This document shows positions 26,224 through 36,497 of a stretch of DNA of 64,000 bases, in pieces (position 1 is the first letter of the stretch; every line of letters starts with the position of its first letter). The DNA comes from a bacterium (GTDB taxonomy: Bacteria; Patescibacteriota; Saccharimonadia; Saccharimonadales; SZUA-47), in NCBI GenBank assembly GCA_030428125.1, contig JAUIBF010000002.1, forward strand, positions 143,910 through 207,909. Reading direction: 5' to 3'. The notes beneath the pieces were generated by a model. That model had not been told where the DNA came from and made no database searches. It worked only from the letters and a program-made list of their open reading frames with translations. The translations under genes were made by a program, and so were the position numbers.

Positions 26224-28032
26224 ATGAGCGTATTGTCTGAAGAAACCCAAAAACTGGTAGAGCGAGCCGTAGTTGACGAAGGTTTGCTTACCCCTGAGAA
26301 AATAAACTCTCTTCGTGAAATGTCGGAGAAAAAATCCGCACCTCTGTTCACGTTATTGGTATCAGAAGGTTACATAACTAATGAGCAGCTAACCAAAACA
26401 ATCGCCCACGTCACTAAAGTTCCGTATGTTAATTTATCTAACGCTAACATCGATCCTAAAATTCTGACACTTGTACCCAAAGATATAGCTGAGCGTTATA
26501 TGGCAGTTCCACTAGGCGAAATGAATAACAGACTAGTTGTAGCTATGCTCGATGCAGATAACGTACAGGCAGTGGACTTTCTGAGTAACAAGATTGGTCG
26601 CGCCCTCAAGGTTTATACAGCAAGCGAGGATGGAATCAGACGCGTCCTAAAGCAGTATAAGCAAGAATTAGGCAAAGAGGTAACGTCGGCCCTGGATACA
26701 CAGATAGAAGAACAAGACAAAGAAGAAAAAGAAAAAGGAAAAGAAAAAAAAGGCGATAAGCCAAATGATAAAAAAATCATAACGATGTCTCAAGACTCTC
26801 CGATTTCTAAAGCGCTGTCTTCAATACTAGAGTATGCTGCCAAAAATGGAGCTAGTGACATCCACATTGAGTCCTTAGAAGAAGGCTTAAAAATTCGTGC
26901 TCGAATAGACGGTGTGTTGAAGGAAATAATGCAGCTCCCCAAGTCTACAGAGGCTCCTTTGATTTCTAGAATAAAAATCTTATCTAATCTAAAAATCGAC
27001 GAGCATCGCATTCCACAAGACGGTCAGTTTTCTATAAACGCCAATAATAAAATAATTGACTTACGTATTGCGATTTCTCCCGTAGTCTGGGGCGAGCAGG
27101 TCGTTATTCGTTTGCTGGATAAGAGTGGCACAACCCTAAAACTAGAAGACATGGGCTATCACGGTAGGGCATTACGGACTATCAGGAAAGGATTAGAACA
27201 ACCTAACGGTATGATTCTGACTTCTGGACCGACCGGTTCAGGTAAGTCAACCTCCCTATATGCGTTGTTGCAGGAAATTAAGAGCGATGAAATCAACATC
27301 GTAACCCTAGAAGACCCAGTCGAGTACAAAATGTCCGGAATTAACCAGATTCAGGTTAACTCTGAGGTTGGATTAACTTTCGCGTCAGGTTTGCGATCTA
27401 TCTTGCGTCAGGATCCTGATGTTGTGATGGTTGGAGAAATCCGTGACAAAGAAACAGCTCAACTAGCAGTGCAAGCAGCTTTAACAGGACACTTAGTGTT
27501 TTCAACATTGCACACCAACTCAGCAGCAGGTATCTTGCCTCGTCTTTTGGACATGGGTATCGAGCCATTCCTAATCGCTAGTACCGTACACACAGTTATC
27601 GGTCAGCGTTTAGTCAGGCGTTTAATACCGGGTGGCGAAAGTTATCAAACCGATAAGGCACAAACAGAGGCGATTCACTCTGTTCTGGGGAATCTTTTAC
27701 CAAAGAAAAAAGAAGAAATGCCAATGGTTGCTAAAGATTTAGGCTATACAAGCTTGCCTCTGGACGGTGAAAACGCTTATACTTTGTTTAAGGGTAAAGT
27801 AACCCAGGATCAACCATCTGGTCTAAAAGGTAGAATGGGACTGTACGAAGTCTTTGAAGTAACCGAAGAAATCCAGGAGTTAATTATCAAAAGAGCTACC
27901 AGTGCAGAGATTCAGAAATTAGCACAGGCGCAGGGAATGGTAAAAATGCGTCAGGATGGATATCTGAAAGCACTTGCTGGAATGACAAGCATAGAAGAAG
28001 TAAATAGGGTAGCAGCTGAAGAATCAGCTTAA
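26224..28032 (+). CDS. pilB: Type IV pilus extension ATPase PilB (GspE family)
   Basis: N-terminal GSPII-E N-domains, Walker A GPTGSGKST, RQDPDVVMVGEIRD, His box TGHLVFSTLHTN. Confidence 0.9.
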   Translation: MSVLSEETQKLVERAVVDEGLLTPEKINSLREMSEKKSAPLFTLLVSEGYITNEQLTKTIAHVTKVPYVNLSNANIDPKILTLVPKDIAERYMAVPLGEMNNRLVVAMLDADNVQAVDFLSNKIGRALKVYTASEDGIRRVLKQYKQELGKEVTSALDTQIEEQDKEEKEKGKEKKGDKPNDKKIITMSQDSPISKALSSILEYAAKNGASDIHIESLEEGLKIRARIDGVLKEIMQLPKSTEAPLISRIKILSNLKIDEHRIPQDGQFSINANNKIIDLRIAISPVVWGEQVVIRLLDKSGTTLKLEDMGYHGRALRTIRKGLEQPNGMILTSGPTGSGKSTSLYALLQEIKSDEINIVTLEDPVEYKMSGINQIQVNSEVGLTFASGLRSILRQDPDVVMVGEIRDKETAQLAVQAALTGHLVFSTLHTNSAAGILPRLLDMGIEPFLIASTVHTVIGQRLVRRLIPGGESYQTDKAQTEAIHSVLGNLLPKKKEEMPMVAKDLGYTSLPLDGENAYTLFKGKVTQDQPSGLKGRMGLYEVFEVTEEIQELIIKRATSAEIQKLAQAQGMVKMRQDGYLKALAGMTSIEEVNRVAAEESA

Positions 28033-28048
28033 AAGAAATAGGAGTTTA

Positions 28049-29125
28049 GTGGTGGCAGCAAGTAATCAACCAAGAATCGAAATCTTACTAGAGGAAGTTA
28101 TCAAGAAAAAAGCTTCCGACCTTCACCTGCAGGTGGGTTTGCAGCCTATGCTGCGTGTCGATGGTTCACTTGTGGCTGTATCAGGATCCGAAGTCTTAAC
28201 CGAAGAGATGGTAGAGAACTTAGTGTTTGCGATTCTTGATGACGATCAAAAGCAAATATTACTCAAAGATAAAGAGTTCGACTTCAGCTTTGCCTTTGGT
28301 GACCTAGGTCGGTTTCGTGTAAATGCTTTTCACGAACGGGGTAATTTAGCGGCCGCTCTACGTTTAATCCCTAGCGAAATTTTGACGATTGAACAGCTTG
28401 GATTGCCGCCAGTAGTAAATAAGTTCGCAGACTATCCAAGAGGCTTGGTACTAGTTACCGGCCCTACGGGTTCTGGTAAGTCGACAACTCTTGCAGCTCT
28501 TGTGGATAAGATTAATAGTGAAAAACCAGTACATATTATTACAATTGAAGATCCGGTTGAATTTACTCACAAGTCTAAAAAATCAGTGCTAGTACAACGT
28601 GAAGTTCACTATGATACATTTAGTTTCTCCGCAGCTCTTAGAAGCTCATTGCGTCAAGACCCTGACGTAGTGTTGATTGGTGAGATGCGTGACCTTGAGA
28701 CTATTGCTAGCGCTATTACTATTGCTGAGACAGGTCACTTGGTTTTCGCGACGCTACACACCAACTCTGCAGCTCAATCTATCGATCGTATGATCGATGT
28801 TTTTCCGCCTCATCAGCAACCACAGATTCGTTCACAGCTCAGCAACATTTTGATGGGCATTTGCTCACAAAGACTCATCCCGGCAATTGGTGGAGGAAGG
28901 TTACCGGCAGCAGAAATATTAGTAGCCACACCCGCTGTAAGGAACATTATCCGCGAAGGTAAAACTCACCAACTAGACGCTGTAATCCAAACCGGAGCAG
29001 AGTTTGGTATGCAGTCAATGGATAAGACCCTGGTCGGAATGATTCATGCTGGAACAATTAGTTATGACGAAGCACGTCAATATGCAGTTGATATTGAAGA
29101 GCTAGACAGGTTGATGAGGGGATAG
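28049..29125 (+). CDS. pilT: Twitching-motility retraction ATPase PilT
   Basis: 358 aa with ASDLHL, Walker A GPTGSGKST, RQDPDVVLIGEMRD and TGHLVFATLHTNSA. Size and layout match PilT. Confidence 0.9.
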   Translation: MVAASNQPRIEILLEEVIKKKASDLHLQVGLQPMLRVDGSLVAVSGSEVLTEEMVENLVFAILDDDQKQILLKDKEFDFSFAFGDLGRFRVNAFHERGNLAAALRLIPSEILTIEQLGLPPVVNKFADYPRGLVLVTGPTGSGKSTTLAALVDKINSEKPVHIITIEDPVEFTHKSKKSVLVQREVHYDTFSFSAALRSSLRQDPDVVLIGEMRDLETIASAITIAETGHLVFATLHTNSAAQSIDRMIDVFPPHQQPQIRSQLSNILMGICSQRLIPAIGGGRLPAAEILVATPAVRNIIREGKTHQLDAVIQTGAEFGMQSMDKTLVGMIHAGTISYDEARQYAVDIEELDRLMRG

Positions 29126-29133
29126 TTAAGTAA

Positions 29134-30351
29134 ATGATTAGCTACAAGTACGAAGCTCGAGATCCAGCAACTGGTAAAAAAATTACCGGTGAAATTCAAG
29201 CTGATAGCGAAAAGTCTGTAGCCAAAGCCGTCAAGGACCAGGGTTATGCACTATTGTCGGTTAAGACCAAAGAAGGTACAAACCCCATAGAGAAGTTTTT
29301 AAAAGGTAGGATAAAGACAAAAGACAAAGTTATCTTTGCCCGTCAGTTATCAACTTTGATAAACGCGGGTTTGCCGTTGGTCCAGAGTTTGAGATCGGTG
29401 CAAGCACAAACCAAGAACGAAAAGATGAAAATAGTACTCGCTGACATCATAACTCGAATCGAAGGTGGTGTTGCATTTTCACAGGCTCTGGGGGCATATC
29501 CGGAGGTGTTTAATCAAGTGTTCGTTAGCTTGGTTGCCGCAGGTGAAACTTCGGGTACACTTGATAAGTCTCTAGAAAGAATCGCCAATCAGCAAGAAAA
29601 AGACGCTGAATTAATCAGTAAGGTTCGTGGAGCGATGATTTACCCGCTGATTGTATTGTTAGTTATGGCTGGCGTGGTTGGCTTTATGATTGTTGCAGTG
29701 TTGCCTCAAGTCAAAGAATTATATGAAGGTTTCGATGGCGCTCAACTACCATTTGTCACAATAGCGCTACTAGCTGTTTCAGATTTTGTAGTCAATTTCT
29801 GGTGGCTGATGCTGATAGTACTTGCTTTTATGGGTTTTGCAACTACTAGGTGGGCAAGAACAGCAGGAGGTAAATCAGCTATCGACAGTTTTAAGATAAG
29901 CGCTCCGTTAATAGGCCCACTTTTCAAGAAGTTGTATATGGCCAGGTTTGCTCGTACAGGTACAACGTTAGTTGCAAGTGGCGTTCCTTTAATTCAGACA
30001 TTAAATATAACAGGGAAGGCCATAGATAATGTGCTGGTGGAGAAATCTTTAGCAAAAGCTACAGAAAAAGTAAAAGGTGGTAAGGCTCTATCTACTGCGC
30101 TTGATGGAGACCCATATTTCCTAGAGCTAGTGCCACAGATGTTAAAAATCGGTGAAGACTCCGGATCAATCGAGCAAATGATGGAGCGGGTAGCTATATA
30201 TTTCGAAAAAGAAGTAGACGACGCCGTCAAGTCAATCTCAACTATTATCGAGCCAATCATGATGATCATCCTTGGTATAGTTGCCTTAGTTATCGTAGGG
30301 GCAATCCTTTTGCCAATCTACGGTCTGGTAGGTCAGGGGGTGTTTGGTTAA
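29134..30351 (+). CDS. pilC: Type IV pilus platform protein PilC (GspF family)
   Basis: 405 aa with duplicated T2SF domains and TM segments. FARQLSTLINAGLPL motif. Confidence 0.9.
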   Translation: MISYKYEARDPATGKKITGEIQADSEKSVAKAVKDQGYALLSVKTKEGTNPIEKFLKGRIKTKDKVIFARQLSTLINAGLPLVQSLRSVQAQTKNEKMKIVLADIITRIEGGVAFSQALGAYPEVFNQVFVSLVAAGETSGTLDKSLERIANQQEKDAELISKVRGAMIYPLIVLLVMAGVVGFMIVAVLPQVKELYEGFDGAQLPFVTIALLAVSDFVVNFWWLMLIVLAFMGFATTRWARTAGGKSAIDSFKISAPLIGPLFKKLYMARFARTGTTLVASGVPLIQTLNITGKAIDNVLVEKSLAKATEKVKGGKALSTALDGDPYFLELVPQMLKIGEDSGSIEQMMERVAIYFEKEVDDAVKSISTIIEPIMMIILGIVALVIVGAILLPIYGLVGQGVFG

Positions 30352-30430
30352 AAAAACTATTGCATCAAAAACGTAAGCGTATTAACATAATGTTATTAAC
30401 AAGTAATTTAAGCTAAAGAGGGCACCAAAA

Positions 30431-30985
30431 ATGTTAAACAGAATAGGTAAAAAATTAGGATACAAAGACGATGGTTTCACCATCATCGAAGTATTGATCG
30501 TTCTAGCAGTAGCTGGACTTATCATGGCTATTGTATTGATCGCAATTCCACAATTGCAGAGAAACCAACGTAACACAGCACGTCGTGAAATCATCGGTAG
30601 AATCAAGACAGAACTAGATTCTTATACTGGAAATAACAACGGTAGAATTCCTACTACCACAGGTGATTTAGACGCGGTATACAACAGATACTTAGGTTGT
30701 GCAGGTACTGCAGCAGCGCCAACACTGCCATGTGATGTAAACGTAGAAGATCCTTCAGAAGGAACTCCTGTCTTAATGGATCTTAGGTCTGGAATGACTG
30801 CACCATCAGCAGGATTAGCACCTTACCCACAAGCGGGTACTCCAGCGGCAGACGCACTTGGAGTTTCCTATTACGCTCCAGGGTTTACTTGTGACGGCGA
30901 AAGCTTAGTCGGAGGAGATGCTCGTAACTACGCAATGTGGATTGGTTTAGAGGGTGGAGCAATCTACTGTCTAGACAACGCTTAA
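30431..30985 (+). CDS. Major type IV pilin (prepilin)
   Basis: Class III signal ...KDDG|FTIIEVLIVLAVAGLIMAIV (Gly-1, Phe+1, Glu+5). C-terminal Cys pair. Followed by a strong terminator. Confidence 0.85.
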   Translation: MLNRIGKKLGYKDDGFTIIEVLIVLAVAGLIMAIVLIAIPQLQRNQRNTARREIIGRIKTELDSYTGNNNGRIPTTTGDLDAVYNRYLGCAGTAAAPTLPCDVNVEDPSEGTPVLMDLRSGMTAPSAGLAPYPQAGTPAADALGVSYYAPGFTCDGESLVGGDARNYAMWIGLEGGAIYCLDNA

Positions 30986-31005
30986 AAGTAAGTAGCTTAA
31001 AGCTA

Positions 31006-31045
31006 AAACGGACACCATTAAATTACGGTGTCCGTTTGTCTTTTG
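31006..31045 (+). terminator. Rho-independent terminator after the major pilin gene
   Basis: AAACGGACACC-N10-GGTGTCCGTTT stem followed by a GTCTTTTG T-tract. Confidence 0.7.
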
Positions 31046-31063
31046 TGCAATAATTAGTAACAG

Positions 31064-31873
31064 ATGATTTATAGTTTATTCTTTTTTATAATCGGTGCAG
31101 CTTTTGGTAGTTTTTCACTAGTGTTAGCTTGGCGTACCTACGCCAAGAAAGACTGGGTAAAAGATAGGTCTAAGTGTGACCACTGCTTCCATGAACTGCA
31201 GCCGGTTGATTTGGTCCCTGTTGTTTCATGGTTAGCGTTAAGAGGTAGGTGTCGCTACTGTAACAAAAGACTGCCCAAAACCTTGATTTTATCCGAACTT
31301 TTGATGGCCTTAGTGTTTTTACTGTCCTGGCACCAATTTAGTAGTAGCTATCAAGGAGAATCACTGCCAGTATTAGCTGGTTTATTGTCGGCTTGGTTGA
31401 TAGCAGCTGTAATCTTAAACGCGCTTTTCTGGTACGACTTGCGCTGGCAAAAACTCCCCACAAAGCTGATTATTCCGGTACTAGCGCTGGCAATCGTTTA
31501 TTGTGCATTCCTTATGCCTGTGGATGGTTTTAGCACATACCAAGACGTTCTATTGCCAATAGCTAGTGCCGCTTTGTTGTCTGGGTTGTTCGCAGGCTTG
31601 TTTTTTATTAGCAACGGCAAATGGATAGGTTTTGGAGATGTAAGGCTGGCACTGCCACTGGGCTTATTCCTGGGTAATCCATTAAATACGTGGCTAATGC
31701 TGTTTATGGCGTCTGTCCTTGGAATTCTTGTAGCCCTACCAGGAGTTGTAGGTAAAAATCGTAAACTAAGCTCTAAAATACCCTTTGGACCACTGTTAAT
31801 CTTTGCAACCTGGGCAGTAGTTTTATATGGAGATGTTTTAATCGAAAAATACACTTCGATATTAGGTCTGTAA
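31064..31873 (+). CDS. pilD: Prepilin peptidase (A24 family) PilD
   Basis: CDHC...CRYC zinc-ribbon-like N-domain, multi-TM body, catalytic Asp motifs GFGDV and IPFGP. Confidence 0.85.
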   Translation: MIYSLFFFIIGAAFGSFSLVLAWRTYAKKDWVKDRSKCDHCFHELQPVDLVPVVSWLALRGRCRYCNKRLPKTLILSELLMALVFLLSWHQFSSSYQGESLPVLAGLLSAWLIAAVILNALFWYDLRWQKLPTKLIIPVLALAIVYCAFLMPVDGFSTYQDVLLPIASAALLSGLFAGLFFISNGKWIGFGDVRLALPLGLFLGNPLNTWLMLFMASVLGILVALPGVVGKNRKLSSKIPFGPLLIFATWAVVLYGDVLIEKYTSILGL

Positions 31874-31902
31874 CAGATAAAGCTTATGCTATAATTAGCC
31901 CT

Positions 31903-32766
31903 ATGAAGCGCTTGCCGGAGTATGGCTATACAATTCTCGAGGTTTTAATTTTCTTGATGATTACTGGGTTTATGTTTGCGACCGCAGTAGTGGCTATTAG
32001 CGGCACCCAGGAAAATGCTCAGTATTCTCAAGCAGTTCGAGATTTCGAAATACAAGTCAAAGATACCATAAATGACGTAGCTCACGGTTACTATCCAACA
32101 GGTACCCGGGGTAGATGCGTTGTGACGGCTGGAGGAGACGTAGACTTTGACGTTAATACCCCAGTAGAAGCGTCCCAAAACTCAGAATGTATAAACATAG
32201 GCAAAATACTAATGTTCAATCTGTCAAATATTAACGACGGATTTGGTTTAGGTACCATAGTCGGTAAAAACCCCGTGTTTAATGAGCCGCTTGATCTAGG
32301 TGTAGGAGATTTGCGTCCCATTCTGGCATACAAAGAAGATCCTGGTGGCCTAGGGACACCTGTTGATTTAACTGTACGTAAACCGCTGCGATATGGGGTG
32401 CAGGTAACAAAGATTGGCTCCGATTCAGTGCCTGCAGAAGAGTTTAGTTCACTCAGTTTTATTTCTGGGTTTAGTAATACTGCTCAAAACGCAGAGACTA
32501 GGGCTAGTGGTACACTGACAACAAGTGTTTATGGGGTGAAAGGCGCGCTTACTACTAGCGATACGCTTCTTGACTATAATGCTGAAATAGAAAGCCTAGA
32601 TAGTAGTGGAAACTATGAAGTAAATCCAGCTGATGGATTTTATTTATGCTTATTGACAGCAGACGACAGGAGAGCGAGAATAGTTATAGGAGTGGATGGA
32701 GTAGCTACTGCAACTAGAGCAGAGTTCGATATCGATAGCGTTGCCGATGGGGGAGTGTGCCCATGA
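31903..32766 (+). CDS. Pilin-like protein (minor pilin)
   Basis: Class III signal ...PEYG|YTILEVLIFLMITGF with Glu+5. Confidence 0.7.
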   Translation: MKRLPEYGYTILEVLIFLMITGFMFATAVVAISGTQENAQYSQAVRDFEIQVKDTINDVAHGYYPTGTRGRCVVTAGGDVDFDVNTPVEASQNSECINIGKILMFNLSNINDGFGLGTIVGKNPVFNEPLDLGVGDLRPILAYKEDPGGLGTPVDLTVRKPLRYGVQVTKIGSDSVPAEEFSSLSFISGFSNTAQNAETRASGTLTTSVYGVKGALTTSDTLLDYNAEIESLDSSGNYEVNPADGFYLCLLTADDRRARIVIGVDGVATATRAEFDIDSVADGGVCP

Positions 32767-34667
32767 TAAAGCATAATCAACGTGGTGATACTATTATCGA
32801 AGTTTTGTTTGCCATGACAATTATTGCGCTTGTTCTTGCCGCAGCATATTCAGTTGCATCAAAAAACCTACAAGTTAGTCAATTATCAAAAGAACGAGTA
32901 CAGGCAACAGAACTTGCCGTAGGGCAACTTGATCAAATAAAAGCTCTGGATAACAAGCCTGCTAACGGAAGATTCTGCATAGATATAGAACAGAACCCCG
33001 GCATAATTTTAGAATCTGACACAGCAAACTACGACACGTATTGTGTCGATGAAAGATACACGAAACTAATAGAAAAGACTGACGAAAATAAATATAGGGT
33101 TGAAGTAAGCTGGACACCTCCTGATGGTAATGAGGATGCAGATACAAAAGTTGAGTTTTTCTATGATGATTATAACTTCAGCATAGTCGGTAGTTCAGAC
33201 GTATTGCTAGCCCTAGTATCGTCAACAGGTACCAGTGCTCAATTGGGCGTAACCGTACTTAACGACGACGATCCAGCTGCTTTACGTGGAATTGTTTACG
33301 GAACAAATCCTGATCCTGAGATTGGCGGGTCAGGTGTTATAAACAGTTCAGGCACTGGTTCGCCGTTTACTGTGACGATTTCATCACTCGACCCTGATAC
33401 AACCTATTATGTTCGTGCATATCTATATATTTCAGGTACACCAGTCTACAGTACTCCAGTGGCAATTAACGGGCAGGGGTTAGTCGGCATCGCACCTACA
33501 CTGGACCCAACCTCATACGCAGCTGCCACACTAACAGAAGATAGCGTTGAAGTAACAGGAACCGTAGTAGCCGACGGGGGCAGTAGTGTGATAAGTCAAG
33601 GAATTGCATATGGAACTAGTCCTAACCCATATATCTCAGATGGCTTTAAAAATGGAGGTACTCCAGGTACACCTTCATATTCATTCACGGCAACTCTAAA
33701 TGGTCTTCTGTCAAACACCACGTACTATGCCAGGGCTTATGCAGCTAACGAGAACGGAACAAGTTATGGTCAGCAAGTTACGTTTACTACGGACCCACTG
33801 TCTGCACCAGGTTATAGTCCGACAGGGACGTTGGATGGAAGCGTGTACTACCTATTCAACACACGACTTACTTGGGAGCAGGCTAATTCACAGGCGCAAT
33901 CATTGGGTGGTCACCTGGTGTCAATAACATCGCAGGAAGAAAACGATTTTGTGTCAAATATGGCAGGTGGAGAACGAATTTGGATTGGCTTTAATGATAT
34001 CGCCAACGAGGGTAACTGGCAATGGACCACCGGGGAATCTGCGAGTTACCAGAATTGGCGTACAACTCCGGTGGCTGAGCCAAACAATTCCGGAAGTGGT
34101 GAGCATGCAGCTGTAATGAACTGGAATGGAATAAGTTCCGGTGACTGGAACGACTGGGGACACAATAGCTCATCAGACACAGCTTGGTTTATCGTAGAAT
34201 TTGACTCATATTACTCGGGAGCGCCGTCGCCGTCCAAGAATATTAAAGGTAGCGACAACTATGAATGTATCACAGACCTCGGTGGTCCTTGTACCGAAGT
34301 AGGTAATAGTGTTTACGCGTGTAGAAATTATAAAGCAGACTTTATAATGGAGCCTCCAACAGGCAACGATTATACCGAACTGAAGCTCATATATGGTGAT
34401 TCTCCATTGTGTGGGGGGGCTCCTACTCCACCTGAAGGATCTTACGACTACGATGTCGATATTTACATTAATAACGTGCTTAACTCTACTCACACGCTAG
34501 CAAATAACGGCACGACCAATAACCTAGAAGCAATCTTGCCGTTGTCTGGATTGCCAGATGTCATAACAAGTGTTTCTGTTGAGTGGACAAACAACACACT
34601 AGTAAATGTTAGTGGAGTCAATTATAAACCCGATTTAAGAATTACTAACCTAACACTGCAGAAGTAA
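32757..34667 (+). CDS. Pilin-like protein with two FN3-like repeats and a C-type lectin domain (candidate pilus-tip adhesin)
   Basis: Class III signal ...NQRG|DTIIEVLFAM. Duplicated ...YGTNPDP...TTYYVRAY modules. The CTLD carries EPN and WND motifs (LTWEQANSQAQSLGGHLVSITSQEENDFV...WIGFND...EPNNSGSGEHAAVM...GDWNDW...FIVEF). Confidence 0.75.
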   Translation: MPMIKHNQRGDTIIEVLFAMTIIALVLAAAYSVASKNLQVSQLSKERVQATELAVGQLDQIKALDNKPANGRFCIDIEQNPGIILESDTANYDTYCVDERYTKLIEKTDENKYRVEVSWTPPDGNEDADTKVEFFYDDYNFSIVGSSDVLLALVSSTGTSAQLGVTVLNDDDPAALRGIVYGTNPDPEIGGSGVINSSGTGSPFTVTISSLDPDTTYYVRAYLYISGTPVYSTPVAINGQGLVGIAPTLDPTSYAAATLTEDSVEVTGTVVADGGSSVISQGIAYGTSPNPYISDGFKNGGTPGTPSYSFTATLNGLLSNTTYYARAYAANENGTSYGQQVTFTTDPLSAPGYSPTGTLDGSVYYLFNTRLTWEQANSQAQSLGGHLVSITSQEENDFVSNMAGGERIWIGFNDIANEGNWQWTTGESASYQNWRTTPVAEPNNSGSGEHAAVMNWNGISSGDWNDWGHNSSSDTAWFIVEFDSYYSGAPSPSKNIKGSDNYECITDLGGPCTEVGNSVYACRNYKADFIMEPPTGNDYTELKLIYGDSPLCGGAPTPPEGSYDYDVDIYINNVLNSTHTLANNGTTNNLEAILPLSGLPDVITSVSVEWTNNTLVNVSGVNYKPDLRITNLTLQK

Positions 34668-34668
34668 A

Positions 34669-35439
34669 ATGAAGATATTTAGTAAAAAGACCAGACTACA
34701 AAAACATCAACAAGGCTTCACTATTATTGAATTAATGATTTCAACAGTGATATTTTCACTGGTACTGTTGATATGCCTGCAGGGAATTGTACAGGTGACG
34801 AGGGCTTATTATAAAGGGGTGACGCAGTCGCGCACCCAAGAAGTCGCACGTAATTTACTGGATGAAATTACGCAAACCATCCAACTTTCAGGTTCAGTAA
34901 TAACCTTTGATGACCCTGCTGATTTCGGTCCGACAATAAACGTTACTCAAGTGTCACAAGGAATAGGTATTTTCTGCGCTGGAAATAAAAAGTATACCTA
35001 CGCGCTGGATAGGAAGGTCTCAGAGTCCACTAACGAGAATCTAAAAGAAATCAGAAATGCTATGATTGTCGAAGAGGAAGCCTGTACGAACACGCCAGAG
35101 CTAACATCCCCAGACATCCTGGACAGAGATGTGGGAACCAATTCAGTACCAACCAGGAGCCTGCTAGCAGAAAACATGCGCTTAACGGAGTTTAGGGTGG
35201 AAAAAACGACTCCTGGAGATGTAGACAGCGTCAAGGACGGTGCAGACTTATGGGAGATAAGTATAGGAATAGCCTATGGGGATCAGGACTTATTTTCGAC
35301 AGACAACCCCACAGATCCGTTTACGGGTACATACGAAGATGATTTTGGTGTAGAACGGGTAATATGCAAATCGGGTACAGGAGATGAGTTTTGTTCTATT
35401 ATTACTTTAAGTACAATAGTATCTAGGCGGATAGCATAA
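34669..35439 (+). CDS. Pilin-like protein (minor pilin)
   Basis: Class III signal ...HQQG|FTIIELMISTVIFSLVLL with Glu+5. Confidence 0.7.
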   Translation: MKIFSKKTRLQKHQQGFTIIELMISTVIFSLVLLICLQGIVQVTRAYYKGVTQSRTQEVARNLLDEITQTIQLSGSVITFDDPADFGPTINVTQVSQGIGIFCAGNKKYTYALDRKVSESTNENLKEIRNAMIVEEEACTNTPELTSPDILDRDVGTNSVPTRSLLAENMRLTEFRVEKTTPGDVDSVKDGADLWEISIGIAYGDQDLFSTDNPTDPFTGTYEDDFGVERVICKSGTGDEFCSIITLSTIVSRRIA

Positions 35440-35441
35440 GC

Positions 35442-36482
35442 ATGAAAATTAACCTAAAAGACCTTCGTAAAAATGAAAATGGACTAGTATCAATAATGGT
35501 CGCTAGCCTTTTGATGGTAGTAATGGCGCTCATCACATTAGGGTTCACAAGAATAGTCCAAAATGAACAAAGGCAGGCGATAGATAATCAACTCAGTAAA
35601 CAGGCGTTCTATGCCGCTGAATCAGGTATTAATATTGCTGCCAGTGCTCCAGGATTTCCTGGCAATGTTGTAGTTGATGAATGCGATGTCTCACAGTATG
35701 GCAACGGGGAAGTTTCAAATAACGGGGATGTAGCATTCACGTGTATATTAATAAACCCTGAACCAGATGATTTAGTGTTCAGTAATGACTCTATAACTTC
35801 AAATAGATCTAAAGTCGTGCCAATAATACCTAGTGGCACAATCGACGAAATTATATTTGAGTGGGGCGATATTAATAGCGATAACGTCGCTAGTAACTGT
35901 GGTAACACAGACAATCTAGTTTTCGATAAAAAAGCAGAAGAATGGGATAAAATTTCCCCACTACGGCTAGATTTATACGCGATAACAGAGGGCTCTATAG
36001 ATAGAACTGAATTGATAAACTCGCAATTCAGTGCAATTTTTTATCCATGCAACAACACGGGCAGTACTACCATTAGTTACGCTGCTGGAAGGGGCTCCCC
36101 TGATGTAGGTAGAATTTATCCCGTAAATTGTCAAACAACCGGGCAGGAATACGAGTGCAGCATAACAATCAATAATGTTCCAGACACGATATCAGGGAGT
36201 AATGTCTCTAGATTTTATTCAAGATTCAACTCGGTCTATCGAGATATAAATGTGAGAATTAAGATGGAGGACTCTACAGGGGACCAGTTGCTATTTTCGA
36301 ACGCACAAGCCGTAGTTGACTCGACAGGCAGGGCAGTTGATGTGTTTAGGCGTTTGCAAGCCAGAGTGCCACTATATGATACCTACGTCACTCCTAATGC
36401 AACAATACAGACGGTTAATGATATATGTAAGCTTTACGATGTTAAAGAATCCTCGATAGACGACAATTGTTTAGGCCCATAA
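35442..36482 (+). CDS. PilX-like pilus-associated protein
   Basis: N-terminal ...NENG|LVSIMVASLLMVVMALITLGF hydrophobic segment without Glu+5. Last gene of the pilin block. Confidence 0.5.
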   Translation: MKINLKDLRKNENGLVSIMVASLLMVVMALITLGFTRIVQNEQRQAIDNQLSKQAFYAAESGINIAASAPGFPGNVVVDECDVSQYGNGEVSNNGDVAFTCILINPEPDDLVFSNDSITSNRSKVVPIIPSGTIDEIIFEWGDINSDNVASNCGNTDNLVFDKKAEEWDKISPLRLDLYAITEGSIDRTELINSQFSAIFYPCNNTGSTTISYAAGRGSPDVGRIYPVNCQTTGQEYECSITINNVPDTISGSNVSRFYSRFNSVYRDINVRIKMEDSTGDQLLFSNAQAVVDSTGRAVDVFRRLQARVPLYDTYVTPNATIQTVNDICKLYDVKESSIDDNCLGP

Positions 36483-36497
36483 AAGCTTAGTTCAGTT

